Shown: one piece after another, positions 24,780-37,495 of the stretch | Position numbering within the stretch: the stretch's first letter is position 1 | Layout: the number at the start of each line of letters is the position of its first letter | Source: Hemiscyllium ocellatum | Taxonomy: Eukaryota | DNA length: 64,000 nt | Reading direction: 5' to 3' | Assembly: GCF_020745735.1 (NCBI RefSeq) | Contig: NC_083416.1 | Span: 51,733,131-51,797,130 of the forward strand | Notes under the pieces: generated by a model | Told to the model about the DNA's origin: nothing | What the model saw: only the letters and a program-made list of their open reading frames with translations | The model's database searches: none | Program-made: the position numbers and the translations under genes

Positions 24780-26290
24780 GAAAGGATCATCATTTAAGTC
24801 CTCACAAGACACCTTCTTCCACTCTCTTTGGATATAGTTCTGAAAGCCAGTGTGGCTGTCAACCAAACTGTGGAACTATGGACATGATTTTTACTGTTTG
24901 GCAACTCCACAAGAAATGTCAGGAATAATACTAACCTAGTCTACATGGCCTTCATTAATCTGACCAATGCTTTTGACTCAGTTAATCAGGAAGTGTGATG
25001 GAAGACTCTGTCAAAAGCTGGCTGTCCAATGAAAGTAATCAAGTTCCACTGTTAGAAGATGTCAGTAATGGACAGAACCCTTTGAGATCAAAACAAAAGT
25101 CAAACTGCAATGTGTCATCACCCCCACCATTTTCTCAGTCTTCCTCACCACATTCTTCATCTGATCAAAAACAAACGTCCCAGTGGTGTGGTCATTATCT
25201 ACAGGATGGTTGGAAAACTTTTCAACTTCAACCAGTGGAAATCAAAGAAGGAAACAACACTGGCCTCATTTGTAGAACTGCAGTATGTGGAGACAATGTC
25301 ATTACTGCTGTCTTGAAAGGGAATCCTCAAGCCTCACTTAATGCCTTTGCTGAAGCAAATTAAGAACTGGTCTCCGCCTCAATCTCAAGAAGATTCTAAT
25401 CCTTTACCATCCTAGATCATGTTCTGGTCCATCCCTCCATTAAGATCAATGGTGAAATCTTCTAAATATGGAACGTTTCCCTTACCTGGGAAGTTACCTC
25501 TATCTAAGGCTGATATTGATGCAGAGATTCATCACTGCATCCAACCTGGAAGTGTCGCATTTGAAAGCCTAAGGATGAGAATCTTCAATGACTGTGTCAT
25601 CCATACTGATACCAAGATCTTTGTGAATAAGGCAGTCATCTTTCCAACCCCTTTGAATGGTTCCAAAACTTGAACTATGTATAGATACCAATCACAAAGT
25701 ACCATCAGGGTTGTTTGAGATGGATTCTCTGCATCAGGTGGGGAAACAGATCTACTCAAAACAGCATCCATGAAGCAGCTAAAAATGCCAGCATTGAGGC
25801 CATGATTATCCAAAACTAACTCCACTGGACTGGTCATGTGTTTAAGTTGCCTAAGTTCTGACTACCAAAGCAGATCTTATTCACTCAACTCAAGGAAGGC
25901 ACTCGAACGAGAGGAGGTCAAAGGCATTGTTTGATTGATTGATTTATTGTTGTCTCATGTACTGAGATACAGTGAGAAGTGTTGTTTTGCATGCTACACA
26001 GGCAGAGTGTGTCAAACAAAGCATATTCAAAGACTCCCTGACTGCTTCCTTCAAGAAATGCCACACAGATGTCAATGTATGAGTCAGAAGAAAATCCTAT
26101 GGGCAGGACATATTTCCTTGAGATCATCTGTTGGCAAGAGGAAGTACAAAAAAGGAACTGGAGAAAGGAATGCCAATGATCTCAAGGCCAAGGACCAATC
26201 CCTTCTCCCAGAAATACCTGCCAAATGTGTGGTTGGAGATGCAGCTCTGGGATAGGGCTCATCAACTACTCAAGGACCCATAGAGCCCAT
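24780..26290 (+). mobile_element. Decayed RTE-clade LINE
   Basis: GTMDMIFTVWQLHKKC, YMAFINLTNAFDSVN, ELQY, KADIDAEIHHCI motifs with stops and frameshifts. Confidence 0.8.
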
Positions 26291-26589
26291 GGCCAGTAAC
26301 ACAGGAATTTACTTAGTTGGACAATCATACTTGTTAGCAAGTGATGAATATAGAGAGTATTTCCAAATGCGGTAACTGATAATATTTTCTTAACACCAAT
26401 GTACACTCCTCCCATCCCCATGGTTAGTGGTTAGTTGAATAAGATGCTGTCTTTTACCTTTCTTCATATTGGCCCCTTTAAATCTGTCTTGTTTACTTTG
26501 ATTTCCCTTCAACTCTTATTGCTACATTCTTAATAATTTGCACCTACATAGCTGCCAGAACACATAGTCCTGTAATAGGTGAGTAATGC

Positions 26590-26870
26590 CCAAGTTGTGT
26601 TATTGCTAGACTATTAATCTAGGCACCCATAGGTTCTAGAATCAAATCCTGTCATAGCAGATGGTAAAGTTGAATTCAACAAAATATGCAATGAATATCT
26701 AATAGTAATCTCAGAGTCATTGGATCATTAATGCCCTTTTAGGGAAGGAGATTTGCTGGCCAACATATGACCCCAGACCAACATCAATGGGCTCTTCACA
26801 GTCCTCAGTGGAACTAGATATGGGCAACAAAGGTTCAGTCAGCAGTACCCACATCCTGTGAATTTTCTTT
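26590..26870 (+). mobile_element. Decayed tRNA-head SINE with a LINE-derived tail
   Basis: caaatcctgtcatagcagatggtaaagttgaattcaa head region; tail gatatgggcaacaa...cccacatcctgtgaa resembles the tail at 41520-41580. Confidence 0.5.
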
Positions 26871-27181
26871 TAATTAAAAGACAGCATTCCAAGCCAAAAC
26901 AAAATTATGAGAAGCAAAGGTCACAAACTGGATCACAGAGGTGGCTTTTAGTGAGGGCTGTAATAAGGGAAGGAGTTTAATGAGGGAATTCTAGATCATG
27001 GGACTCAGGCAGCTTTAGGCCCACCTGCTGTGGAATGAAAGGACAGAGAAATGCATGAGCTGTTATAACGAGAGGAAGTTAGAATTTGAGAGCATCGTAT
27101 TGCCGATTGTTACAATTGCAGAGAAGTTGAGGCCAGATGCACTTACGCAAGCCAGCACTGGAATGGTTAATGAACAGTAAT

Positions 27182-27362
27182 CAGGAGGAGAAAGTGAGGA
27201 CTGCAGATGCTGGAGGTCAGAGTCAAAACGTTTAGCCCTAGAAAAGCACAGTTGGTCAGGCAGCATCTGAGGAGCAGGAGAGTCGACATTTCGAGCATAA
27301 GCCCTTCATCAGGAGTGTCATGTCTGTGCTTTTCCAGCGCTGCACTTTTTGACTCTGACAAG
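27182..27362 (-). mobile_element. Short PLE hammerhead module with a partial inverted copy
   Basis: Minus strand ctcCTGATGAagggcttatgctcGAAATGTCgac; TSD gaacagtaat at 27172-81 and 27363-72. Confidence 0.85.
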
Positions 27363-28677
27363 GAACAGTAATTAATCTGCTCAAACATGGTATAAAATAT
27401 ATTTGGGTCAAATGGGACTTAAATCCTTCTGGTCCTGAGGTAAAAATACAGCCACTGCACAAGACCTCCTTAAGTGAGCATTATATCTTTGGTTGGCTGT
27501 GGGAAAGAACAAAGAACAATTCCTGGGCATTACGGGGGAAAGCAAACTTCATGCTAAGGTTTCAACTGCTGTGCCAACTGAGCATGTATGTGTGCATGCT
27601 TGAAATTGTGATAATGACTAGCTAACATTAATTGGAGATAGGTTAAAGTATTTGAAATGGATCTTGTATTTGTCAGAGTTCAAACTCCAGCTGTTGTGAA
27701 GGTGTGACTTAGTTAGCTTATTAAAATATTATTAATGCCAGTGTCTACCTGGTTGAAGTAGCTCTTTGGAAAGGAAAAAAAGCCTAGATTTCTATTGTAC
27801 AGGCTATTGTAAATAAAGCAATGTGGAAGAAAGACTTGCTTTTGCTTTTTCCTTTGCAAGATGGATGTTTACCAGATTTGTTGTGGGGTAAGAATGGATC
27901 AGGACTAAATAATTGAATCAATGGTTGGCAGAAATAATGGGCTACTTTCAAAGGAGTGATATTTTGGGTATTCTAAAGAATATGCCTATGCCAGAGAAAG
28001 ATGGGACAAATGAATCCAGAGCCTCTGTGCTTATGGCAGATGTCAAATGAATAGTACAACAAAGAGCTAGGCTGATCATAGAAGGCTCAGAGGACAAATG
28101 TAAAAGCAAAGAAGAGAAAGAAAGAGGACATATGGAAAGGGTCAGGCAGTTGACTTGGAAGTCTTCTATATGCATATAAATGGTAAAGAGACAGTAAAAT
28201 GTGTGGGGCTGATTAGGGACCAAAGGGGAATCTTTTCATGAACGCAAGGGGTACAGTTGTGGTATTAAATCAAAACTTTGCTTTTGTATTTATCAAGGAA
28301 AATAATGGTCTCTTGGTGAACAAAGAGGATTTTAAACTGATAAAGAGAAAGTTTTAAATTGCTAAGGCACCAGGATCTGTAAACTTGCATCCAAACATGT
28401 TGAGAAAGGTGAGGGTGGAAATTATGGAGGCATCACAATAATTTCTCAGTTGTGTTGAACTCAAGGATAGTGCCAGAGAACTGAAGAATTACCCATGTGT
28501 CGCTTTCGTTCAAAAAAGAACATAAACATAAGCCCAGCAATGTGGGCAAATCAATTCAAGGTGCATGGTGGAGATATTTCGAGAATCAGGACAAAACTAA
28601 TAACTACTTGGACAAATATAGGGTTCAGAAGAGAAAATCTTATTTAACTAACTTATGACCTGGCTAGTTCAGTTGTG

Positions 28678-28750
28678 GCCTGGCTAGCTCAGTTGGTAGA
28701 GCATAGGACTCTTAATCCCAGAGTCATGTGCTCATGCCCCATGTTAGGCG
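28678..28750 (+). pseudogene. tRNA-Lys(CTT) pseudogene copy forming the head of a SINE-like chimera
   Basis: 73 nt colinear with vertebrate tRNA-Lys-CTT (GCCCGGCTAGCTCAGTCGGTAGAGCATGGGACTCTTAATCCCAGGG...). Anticodon CTT intact; T-loop/B-box degraded (gtgctcatgcc). Confidence 0.88.
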
Positions 28751-28759
28751 CTAATATTT

Positions 28760-28953
28760 TTCCTGTGTGGGTTTCTGACAGGTTCTCCGGTTTCCTCCAG
28801 ATGTACAGGCCAGTTGGATTAGCCATGGTAAATATGGGGTTACAGGGATATGGTGGAGGCATTAATTTTGTGAGGGATATTCTTTGGAGGGTCAATGTAG
28901 ACTCAATTGTTCAAAAAAACCTCATTCCATACTGTAGGGATTCTTTGATTCTA
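28760..28953 (+). mobile_element. HE1-type SINE body and tail fused to the tRNA-Lys copy
   Basis: gtgggtttc...ctccggtttcctcc V-domain; tail ccatactgtagggattct. Confidence 0.75.
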
Positions 28954-29259
28954 TCTTGCTGAATGTTTGATGAGGAAAATGCTCTTGATGTGGTGAATAT
29001 AAACTTCCAAAAACACATTTCACAAAATGCCACATGCATTAAAAAGATAGGACTAACATCGGTGTGATACTGACTGAGTTTTAGGAACGAGAGTGGTGGA
29101 TAATTGATATTTTTTGGACTGCAAGAAAGTTTGGAGTGGAGTTCTCCAGGAATCAGTTTTTGGACCCTTGCTTTACCTGATCTATAAGTTTAGGAGTTAG
29201 TAGATTCCTGTTGGTTGTCTAATAGATTAACATTAGAGTAATTAATATAACAAAAAGAT

Positions 29260-30290
29260 AATGTGTATGTGAATATGTGTATGTGAAACCATTCACACCT
29301 GATAAAGGGGGAGATATACAAGCACAGAGTGTTTGTGTGTGTGTGTGTGTGTGTGCGCGCGCGCGCGCAGGGGGTGGGAGAGTATGAGTGTCAGTGAGAG
29401 TGTGTTTGTATATGTGTATGTGCATGTGCATGAATGTGAGTGTAAAGGGGTATAAGTCCGTGAGAGGGTGCATGTGTGTGTGAGCATATGAGAGAAAGCT
29501 TGTGTATGAGAGAGGGTACCCTTCATTGTCCAGCACTTCCCAGGAGCTGAAAAACTATGCCATGTTCTTTGCAGCCTGCAACACATTATCAATGAAGATG
29601 AGCACCTTGCCAGCCCCTTCCCCACACCTCCACTTCTCACCTTTAAGCAACCACCAAACCTCAAACAGGTCACTGTTCGTAGTAAACCCTCCGGCTTTCA
29701 GGACAACACCATACAACCTTGTCACAGTAGATGCTACAGGACATGTCAGAATTTCGACATGGATCCCATCATTATAGGTGGGGACACCTCCCAATATGTA
29801 CATAGCAGGTACTCATGTGACTCGGTCAATGTTGTCTATCTCACACGCTGCAGGCAACAATGCCCTGAGGCAAGGTACATTGGCAAGACTGAGCTGAGAC
29901 TACAGTAACAGATGAATGGACACTGCACAACAATCAACAGACAGGAGTGTTCCCTCCCAGTCAGAGAACACTTCAGCAGTCCAGGACATTTGATCTTGCA
30001 CCTTCGGGTGACCATTCTCCAAGATGGACTTCAGGACAGGCAACAACACAAAATGGCCAAACAGGGACTGATAGCCAAGTTTGGTATCCATGGGGATGGC
30101 CTCAACTGGGACCTTGAGTTCGTGTCATACTGCAGGTGACCCCACTGCACTACACACACACAGTCACACACACCGACACACACTCACAGGCAGACAAACT
30201 CCCCCAGACACACACAGACACACACACACACACTCCTACAGACACACACATTCTCCTACAGACCCATACACTTACACAGACCCTCCTCTG
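29260..30290 (+). mobile_element. Second-lineage Penelope-like element: GIY-YIG remnant with CA-rich 3' UTR and an inverted TG-rich copy at its 5' side
   Basis: YSCDSVNVVYLTRC...YIGKT...MNGH...PVREHF...LIAKF...GLN; TG-rich 29260-29510 mirrors CA-rich 30145-30290. Confidence 0.8.
29334..29368. repeat. (GT)n(GC)7 alternating purine-pyrimidine tract
   Basis: Directly visible. Confidence 0.95.
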
Positions 30291-30539
30291 CCGCCAAACT
30301 CTTGCCACCTAATGCCTGGAGTAAGAACATCTCATCTTCTGCCTTGGAACCCTCCAACCACTCGGCATCAATGTGGATCTCACCAGTTTCCTCACTTCCC
30401 CTCCCCCCACCTTATCCTAGATCCAACTCTCCAAGATTGGCACCACCCTCTTGAACTGTCCAACCTGTTTATCTTCCTTCCCACCTGCAAATGTGAAACA
30501 AATAACAGAAATGTAAATCTTAGAAAACGGAAAGCACCT

Positions 30540-31950
30540 GTAAGTGTCCAATGTTAGAGTGTAGAGAATTGATGGACAATCAATGACTTTAAATTGATCC
30601 AGTTGTATTGGCTGTGGCAAACCAGGGCAGAATGTAGCATAGTAAAGTCTTTTAATTGGAATAAAAGAGACAAGGTACGGGACATCATTCATGCACATCT
30701 AGAAGAAGACAGGCTATTGAAACAAGAACACAAGATAAGAAGAAGGAAAGTGTGTGCCCCAGAGATTTCAGAAGACAGAAGCACTGGACCAAGTCTTGTG
30801 GAATATCTATTGCCATTATTAAGCATTAACGTTGCATTTCTGTAAGTTAATTACTAATGTCACTGACTTGATCAAAAATTCTGAGCCTGGGGGTCAGAAT
30901 TAGTCCAAGAATCCCGAATGAGATGAATTGGGGTTTCCTTCAACTCGAGTAGTTTATCAAATCTGGGGTCTCTCTCTCTCTCTCTCTCTCTCTCTCCCAC
31001 CCACCCACTCATCCACTCACCCACCCACTCACCCACCCCCCAACCTCCCCCTCTCTCCATGATATTGAATCATCTTGATCTCGGTGTATGGGGCACAATA
31101 TTCAAACTTGCAGATGATACAAAACTTTGAGGTGCTGTGAACTATAGCATAGTTCAGAATAAAGACATAGACAAGTTTCTGAAATGTATGAATAAGTGGC
31201 AGGTGAAGTTCCATGCAGTACAATATGAAGTAATTCATTTTGATAGGATGAAAATGGAGAGAAAATATAAAATGTATCGAAAATATATAAAATATAGAAA
31301 GTATAAAATATGAACTCTAAAGAGTGTATAGGAGCAGAGGAACATCAGTGTAAATGTTGAAAAAAGCTAATAAAACCTTTGGTATCCTTAGCAATTACTA
31401 ATGGGGGAAGGAGTGCACAAGAGTAGGGAGGGTATGTTGAAATTGTATAAAATGTTGGTTTGTCCTAAACTGGTATATTATGATCTGTTCTGGCCACTGG
31501 TGCCAGGACAGGTGTGAAGGTAATGGTCAGGGCAGAGAAAAAGAATTCCAGTGATGATGAAATGCAGTTACAAAGGTAGATTAGAGAAAAGAACGAGAAA
31601 AAATTCATAGAAGTTTTCAAAATTAAAAGGTGTTAGGATGGCATAGACTGGGGAGATGGTTCCCACTTGTGAAAGGACCAACAACTAGAGTGCACAGATT
31701 AAGTCATTTGCAATGATGACATGAGGAAAATGTTTTTCATACAGCAAGGGATTGAGATTTGGGATGCTCCTGAGTATGGATGAGGTGTGTTGATTGAACA
31801 TTCAAAAGAGAATTTGATGGTTACCTAAAAATAAAAATCATACAGGGTCATGGCAAGTAGGTAGGGAAATGGAACTAAGTTAATTGTTTATTTGTAGAGT
31901 TGGCAACAACATGCTGAGTAGTCTCCTTCCATGCTATAACAATTGTGATG
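30540..31950 (+). mobile_element. Old decayed CR1 fragment with an internal (CT)n/(CCCA)n tract at ~30969-31055
   Basis: SNLQMIQ/KLADDTKL-like (aaacttgcagatgatacaaaact), gtaattcattttgatagg, CR1 3' region. Confidence 0.6.
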
Positions 31951-32751
31951 AGGATGATTTTAGAGTTTGAGGCCTTCTGGCATTGGGAATGAGTAAAACC
32001 TGATTCCAGATAGAATATTAGAACAGAATTTTGGATGTTCAGAAGCACATGGCAAGAAAACCATTACCCTGTTATTGTGCATGGAGGTGACAAAGATATG
32101 AATGAAGGCTTCAGCAGCATTTATACTGGGCTGGGGCATATGGACAATGTTAGAGGTAGGGTGAAAATGTTTGATATTATGGGTATTGTCCAAGGCAGCC
32201 TTTGCAATGGTAAAAAGGAAAGGATTGGAAGTTGAGCTCCATTTTGTACAGGGCACTATATTTACAGACAGTCTGTTTCACCATGAAATAGAGACCAGGG
32301 ACTGAGAAAGAGGATGAAGATTTTGGTGAAAGTAAGTCTATGGAAGGAGATAAAAATAATAGTCCAGTCTTTTTTTAATGATTTATCTGAGGCAATAACA
32401 GTACATCTCAAGGTGAATGTCAGTGAAACATTCTGATAGCCCAGAGGCAATAGAAAAGAATTTGAGTTTAATGATTTGGGACATTTCTTCCTTGACCTGC
32501 ACAGGTAAGTATCAGTGATGTGCTCACCAGATTAAGCTTACAAGTCTAGAAATAGTACCCATTTAAGTGAAATTCGCCAAGTATTGAAACATGCAGGTAA
32601 AAACCAGCTGTATTTCATCTGTTGGTTCACTGACTTCTTCCTCAGAGATTTAGGTAGAATTGAGGGTCTCTGGAACTGGACTTTTTGAGCAAGGTTAACA
32701 CTGGATGCAAGGTCTCAGATGTCATATGCTTTGAAAACTTAAATCCTGTAA

Positions 32752-35135
32752 GTCATAGAGTCAAAGCGATGCATGGCATGGAAACAGACCCTTCGGTCCA
32801 ATTTGTCCATGCTGACCAGATATCCTAAATAAGTCTAGACTCATTTGCCAGCATTTGGCCCATATCCCTCTAAATCCTTTCTATTCATGTAGCCATCCAG
32901 ATACCTTTTAAACATTGTAATTGCACCTGCTTCCATCACTTCCTCTGGCAGATTATTCCATAGACACACCACGCTCTGCATGAAAAATTTGCTCCTTAGA
33001 TCCCTTTTATTCTTTTCCCCTCTCACCTTAAACCTACATCTTCGAGTTTTGGACTGTCCCATCCCTGGGAAAAGAACTTGCCTATTTATCCCATCCATGC
33101 CCCACATGATTTTATAAACCTCTATAAGGTCACCCCTCAGCCTCTGACAATCCAGGGACAATTGTCCCAGCCTATTCAGCCTCTCCCTATAGCGCAAACC
33201 CTCCAACGCTGGCAACATCTTGCAAATCTTTTCTGAACCCTTTCAAGTTTCACAACATCTTTCCTATAGCAGGGAGACCAAAATTGCACAAGGTATTTCA
33301 ATAGTGACCTAACCAATGTCCTGTTCAGCCATATCATGACCTGCCAACCCCTATACTGAATGCACTGACAAATAAAGAAAAGCATACCACATGCCTTCTT
33401 TGCTATTTTATATACCTGTGACTCCACTTGCAAGGAACTATGAACCTGCACTTCAAGGTTCCTTTGTTCAACAACACTTCCAAGGACCCAACCATTAAAT
33501 ATATAAGTTCTGCCCTGATTTGCCTTTCCAAAATGCAGCGCTTCCCATATATCTAAATTAAACTCCATCTGCCACTCCTCAGCGCATTGGCTCATCTGAT
33601 CAAGATCCCGTTATACTCTGAGTAACCTTCTTTGCTGTCCACTGCACTCCAATTTTGGTGTCAGCTGCAAACTTACTTAACATACCTCCTATGTTTACAT
33701 CCAAATCATTTTTATAAATGTCAAAAAGTAGTGGACCAAGCACTGATCCTTGTTGGACACCACTTGTCACAGGCATCCAGTCTGCAAAGCAACCCTTCAC
33801 CACCATCCTCTGTCTTCTACTTTCGAGCCAGTTCTGTATCCAAATGTTCTTCCTGTATTGCATGTAATCTAACCTCGCTAACCTGTCTACCATGAGGAAC
33901 CTTGTAGAATGTCTGAGTAAAGTCCGTATAGATCATGTCCACCTCTCTGCCTTCATCAATTCTCTTTGTTACTTCTTCAAAAAACTCAATCAAGTTAGTG
34001 AGATACAATCTCCCACGCACAAAGCCGTGTTGATTATCCCTATTCAGTCTTTGCCTTTCCAAATACATGCAACTCCAGTCCCTCAGGATTCCCTCTAACA
34101 ACTTGCCCAGCATTGATTCAGACTCACCAGTCTATAGTTCTCTGTTTTTTCCTTCCCATATTTCTTAAATAGTGGCACCACTTTAGACAACTCCCATCTT
34201 GTGACATCTCACATGTGGCTATTGACTACATAAATATCGGAGCAAGGGGCCCAGCAATCACTTCCCCAACTTCCCACAGAGTTCTAGGGTACACCTGATC
34301 AGGTCCTGGGGATTTATCCATGTTTATGCATTTTAAGACATCCAGCACATCCTCCTCTGTGATGTAGACATTTTTCAACATGTTGCTATTTATTTCCCCA
34401 CATCCTCCATCTTCCATATCCTTCTTCACAGTAAATACTGATGCAAAATACACCTTTAGTGTCTCCCCCAACTCCTGCGTTTCCACACATAGTTGGCCTT
34501 GCTGATCTTTAAGGGGCCCTATTCTCTCACTAGTTACCCTTTTGTCCTTAATGTATTTGTAGAATCCCTTTGGATTATCCTTAATTCTATTTGCCAAAGT
34601 TATCTTATGTCCCCTTTCTGCCCTCCTGATTTCCCTCTTAAATATACTCCCACTGCCTTTATGCTATTGTACAGAATTACTCGATTTTTGCTGACATATG
34701 CTTCCTTCTTACTTTTGATCAAACCCTCAATTTCTCTAGTCATCCAGCAATCCCTACACCTACCAGCCTTGCCCTTCACCCTAACAGGAATATACTCTCT
34801 CTGGACCTTCATTATCTCAGTTTTGAAGGTTTTCCATTTTCCAGCCACCCCTTTACTTGTAAACATCTGCCCCAATCAACTTTTGAAAGTGTTTGCCTAA
34901 TACCATCAAAGTTGGCCTTCTTCCATCACTATTGTAAAAGTAATAGAATTATGGCCTCTGGCCTCAAAGTGCACCCCCACTGACATCTCAGTCACCAGCC
35001 CTGTCTTATTTCCCAAGAGTAGGTCAGGATGTGCACCTTCTATAATAGGCATATCCACATACTGAATCAGAAATTTTTCTTGTACACACTTAACAAATTC
35101 CTCTCCATCTAAGCCATTAACATTATAGCAGTCCC
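32752..35135 (-). mobile_element. 5'-truncated CR1/HER1 LINE (about 2.4 kb), frameshifted
   Basis: KSPGPDQVYPR, QHGFVRGR, GSVLGPLLF, KFAADTK, LRGDLIEVYK. Confidence 0.95.
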
Positions 35136-36923
35136 TCCCTGAACAAAAAGTAGTAGTTTGTTAGCAGAAAGGAATAACACTGTTCATATGCTTAAGCTGA
35201 CTTTGAATTATTGATAATCATTTGAATCATCAACAGTTTTGAATTCTTTTTTAACAAATACTTTGTTCACACTACGTGAGTTTTCTATGACCTATGTGGC
35301 TCAAGCCCCAAAATGTCCTGGTCATAGAAGCTGGAACAAAAATTTGTGATTTTGACCTCTACAAAGTAACTTGGAGAGACATAAATCTTTTCTTATTAGA
35401 GTGGAATTTTCCTCAGGTTTCAGCAATCCACTTGCAAGGTTGGGAGTGGAGAGGGGGTGGGAGGTGGGAAGTGAGGGTGGAAACGAGGGCTGGTGTGGAT
35501 TATAAATCAAAATGTGTGCAAAATTATCTAAATCTGCTTAATAACGGAGGCAGTTTGATATTGTCGGTGAATAATCTGTTCTCAAAGGTGGGTTAGTTAC
35601 TGAGTTTTTTTTTAAAGAGGTTGTATGCCTCACATTAAGTGAATATGTATATGTTGGTATGGATAGGATGAGAAGCATGACTAGATCTTTCAGGTAAGTT
35701 ACTTTTTAACACTGCTTAAGGAATAGGAACATTGGCAGTATTTCTCCAACCCTATCAAAAAACCTGACTGCACTTAAACATCCCTGCCTACTCCCATAAT
35801 GAGAACTCAGCCCCTCACCCATCAGGATCTTGGATGCTCACCATGCCCACAGACCATTATGTGTATTAAAATGTAGCTATAATCCACTCCCAAACAATCT
35901 TCAAGCCCTGTCTAGCTGGTGGTTGAGTAACCTGCTCATAGAAAACATGTCTGGGCATTGAATTACCACAGCGCTATCAGGAAGCCCTTATATCTGGGTG
36001 TATACCATCTTTAAGTCCTATCCTCCTATTTCGTCTCACTTAGAGTTATTATGGGGACACACAGGTCTTGTTTTAACTCACCATCTGCAATAGTCTATAA
36101 GACCATAAGATGTTGGAGCAGTAGTAGGCCATTAGGTCCAATGAGGCAACTCCACCATTCAATGAGGTCAGAAACCTCAACTCCACATTCCAGCTATAAC
36201 TCCTGTATCTCTTAATGATGAGAAATCTGTTTATCACAGCCTTGAATATATTTGATGACCTAGCCTTGACAGCCACCTGTGGTAAAGAATTCCACAGGGC
36301 CATCGCCCTCAGAGAGAAAAAATAATCCTCATCATCTCTATGTTAAATGTGCAACTCCTTACTCTGAAATTAAGCCTTCTGGTCCTGTCCTGTCCTACAG
36401 GGGTAACAATCTCCCTGCATTGAGACAGTCAAGCCCCCTAAGAAACTTATATGTTTCAGTAAGGCCCACTCTCATTCTTCAAAACTCCAGTGAATACAAG
36501 ACCAATCTCGTTAACTTCTCATAAGAAAATCCCTCCATACCTGGGATCAACCTTGTCAACTTTCTCTGGACTGCCTCCAAATTCAATATATATTTCCTTA
36601 GATAAGGGAATAGTCACACTATGATCTGACCAGTGCTTTGTCAAGCTCTAGCAAGACCTTCATTTTCTTTATACTCCATGCCTTTTGAAATAAAGGCCAG
36701 CATTCCATTTAATTCCCTATTAGCTGCTGAACTTGGATGCTAGCTTTCAGTGATCCATACACGATGACCCCTAAGTCTCTCAGTACTGCAGCTTTCTGTA
36801 CTCTTTTCCTATTTTAACTATTCAGCTCTTCATTCTTCTTGCCAAAGTTGGATAACTTCACATTTTTCCATATTATATTCTATTGGCCAAGTTTTCACTC
36901 ATTCACTTGACATGTGTACATCC

Positions 36924-37053
36924 ATTCCTGATGAAGGGCTTTTGCCTGAAACATCAACTCCCCTGCTCCTCTGATGCTACCTGACCTGCTGTGCTTTTCC
37001 AGCACCACACTCTCGACTCTGATCTCCAGCATCTGCAGTCCTCACTTTCGCCT
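36924..37053 (+). mobile_element. Short PLE hammerhead module
   Basis: attcCTGATGAagggcttttgcctGAAACATC followed by the complete 3' tail ...gcagtcctcactttcgcct. Confidence 0.85.
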
Positions 37054-37459
37054 ATTCTCTTTCAAACTCTTTGTCTCATCCTTACTATTCACCTTCCCAC
37101 CTATTTTTGTCATCCAGAAACTTGGTGATTGTACATTCACCTTCATCATCTAAGTCATGAATATATTTTGTAAATACAGCTCGAGCACTAATCCCTATGG
37201 TACTCATATTGCCAACATGAAAATGCCCAGTGCTCTATCAAAGCTAATATACTACTTCACTACCATGGGCTATTAGCTAAGTAAGTACCCTTATGTGCTG
37301 TACCTCATCAAATATCTTTTAGAAATCCAAGTTTCTGACATTCACTGGTCCCTTTTTATCTACGAGTAAAAAATGAGGTCTGCAGATGCTGGAGATCACA
37401 GCTGCAAATGTGTTGCTGGTCAAAGCACAGCAGGTTAGGCAGCATCTCAGGAATAGAGA

Positions 37460-37495
37460 ATTCGACGTTTCGAGCATAAGCCCTTCATCAGGAAT
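37460..37495 (-). ncRNA. Minimal type I hammerhead ribozyme motif (mirror copy)
   Basis: Reverse complement of 39103-39138. Confidence 0.85.

Larger units (their letters stand above)
27900..29190 (+). mobile_element. Old decayed CR1 fragment, interrupted by the tRNA-Lys/SINE chimera
   Basis: Degenerate KSYLTNL|...ALDVVNINFQK RT motif joined across the insertion. Confidence 0.6.

Noticed and set aside
28678-28750. Functional tRNA-Lys gene
   Set aside because: T-loop/B-box and acceptor stem are mutated, and it is fused to a SINE body.
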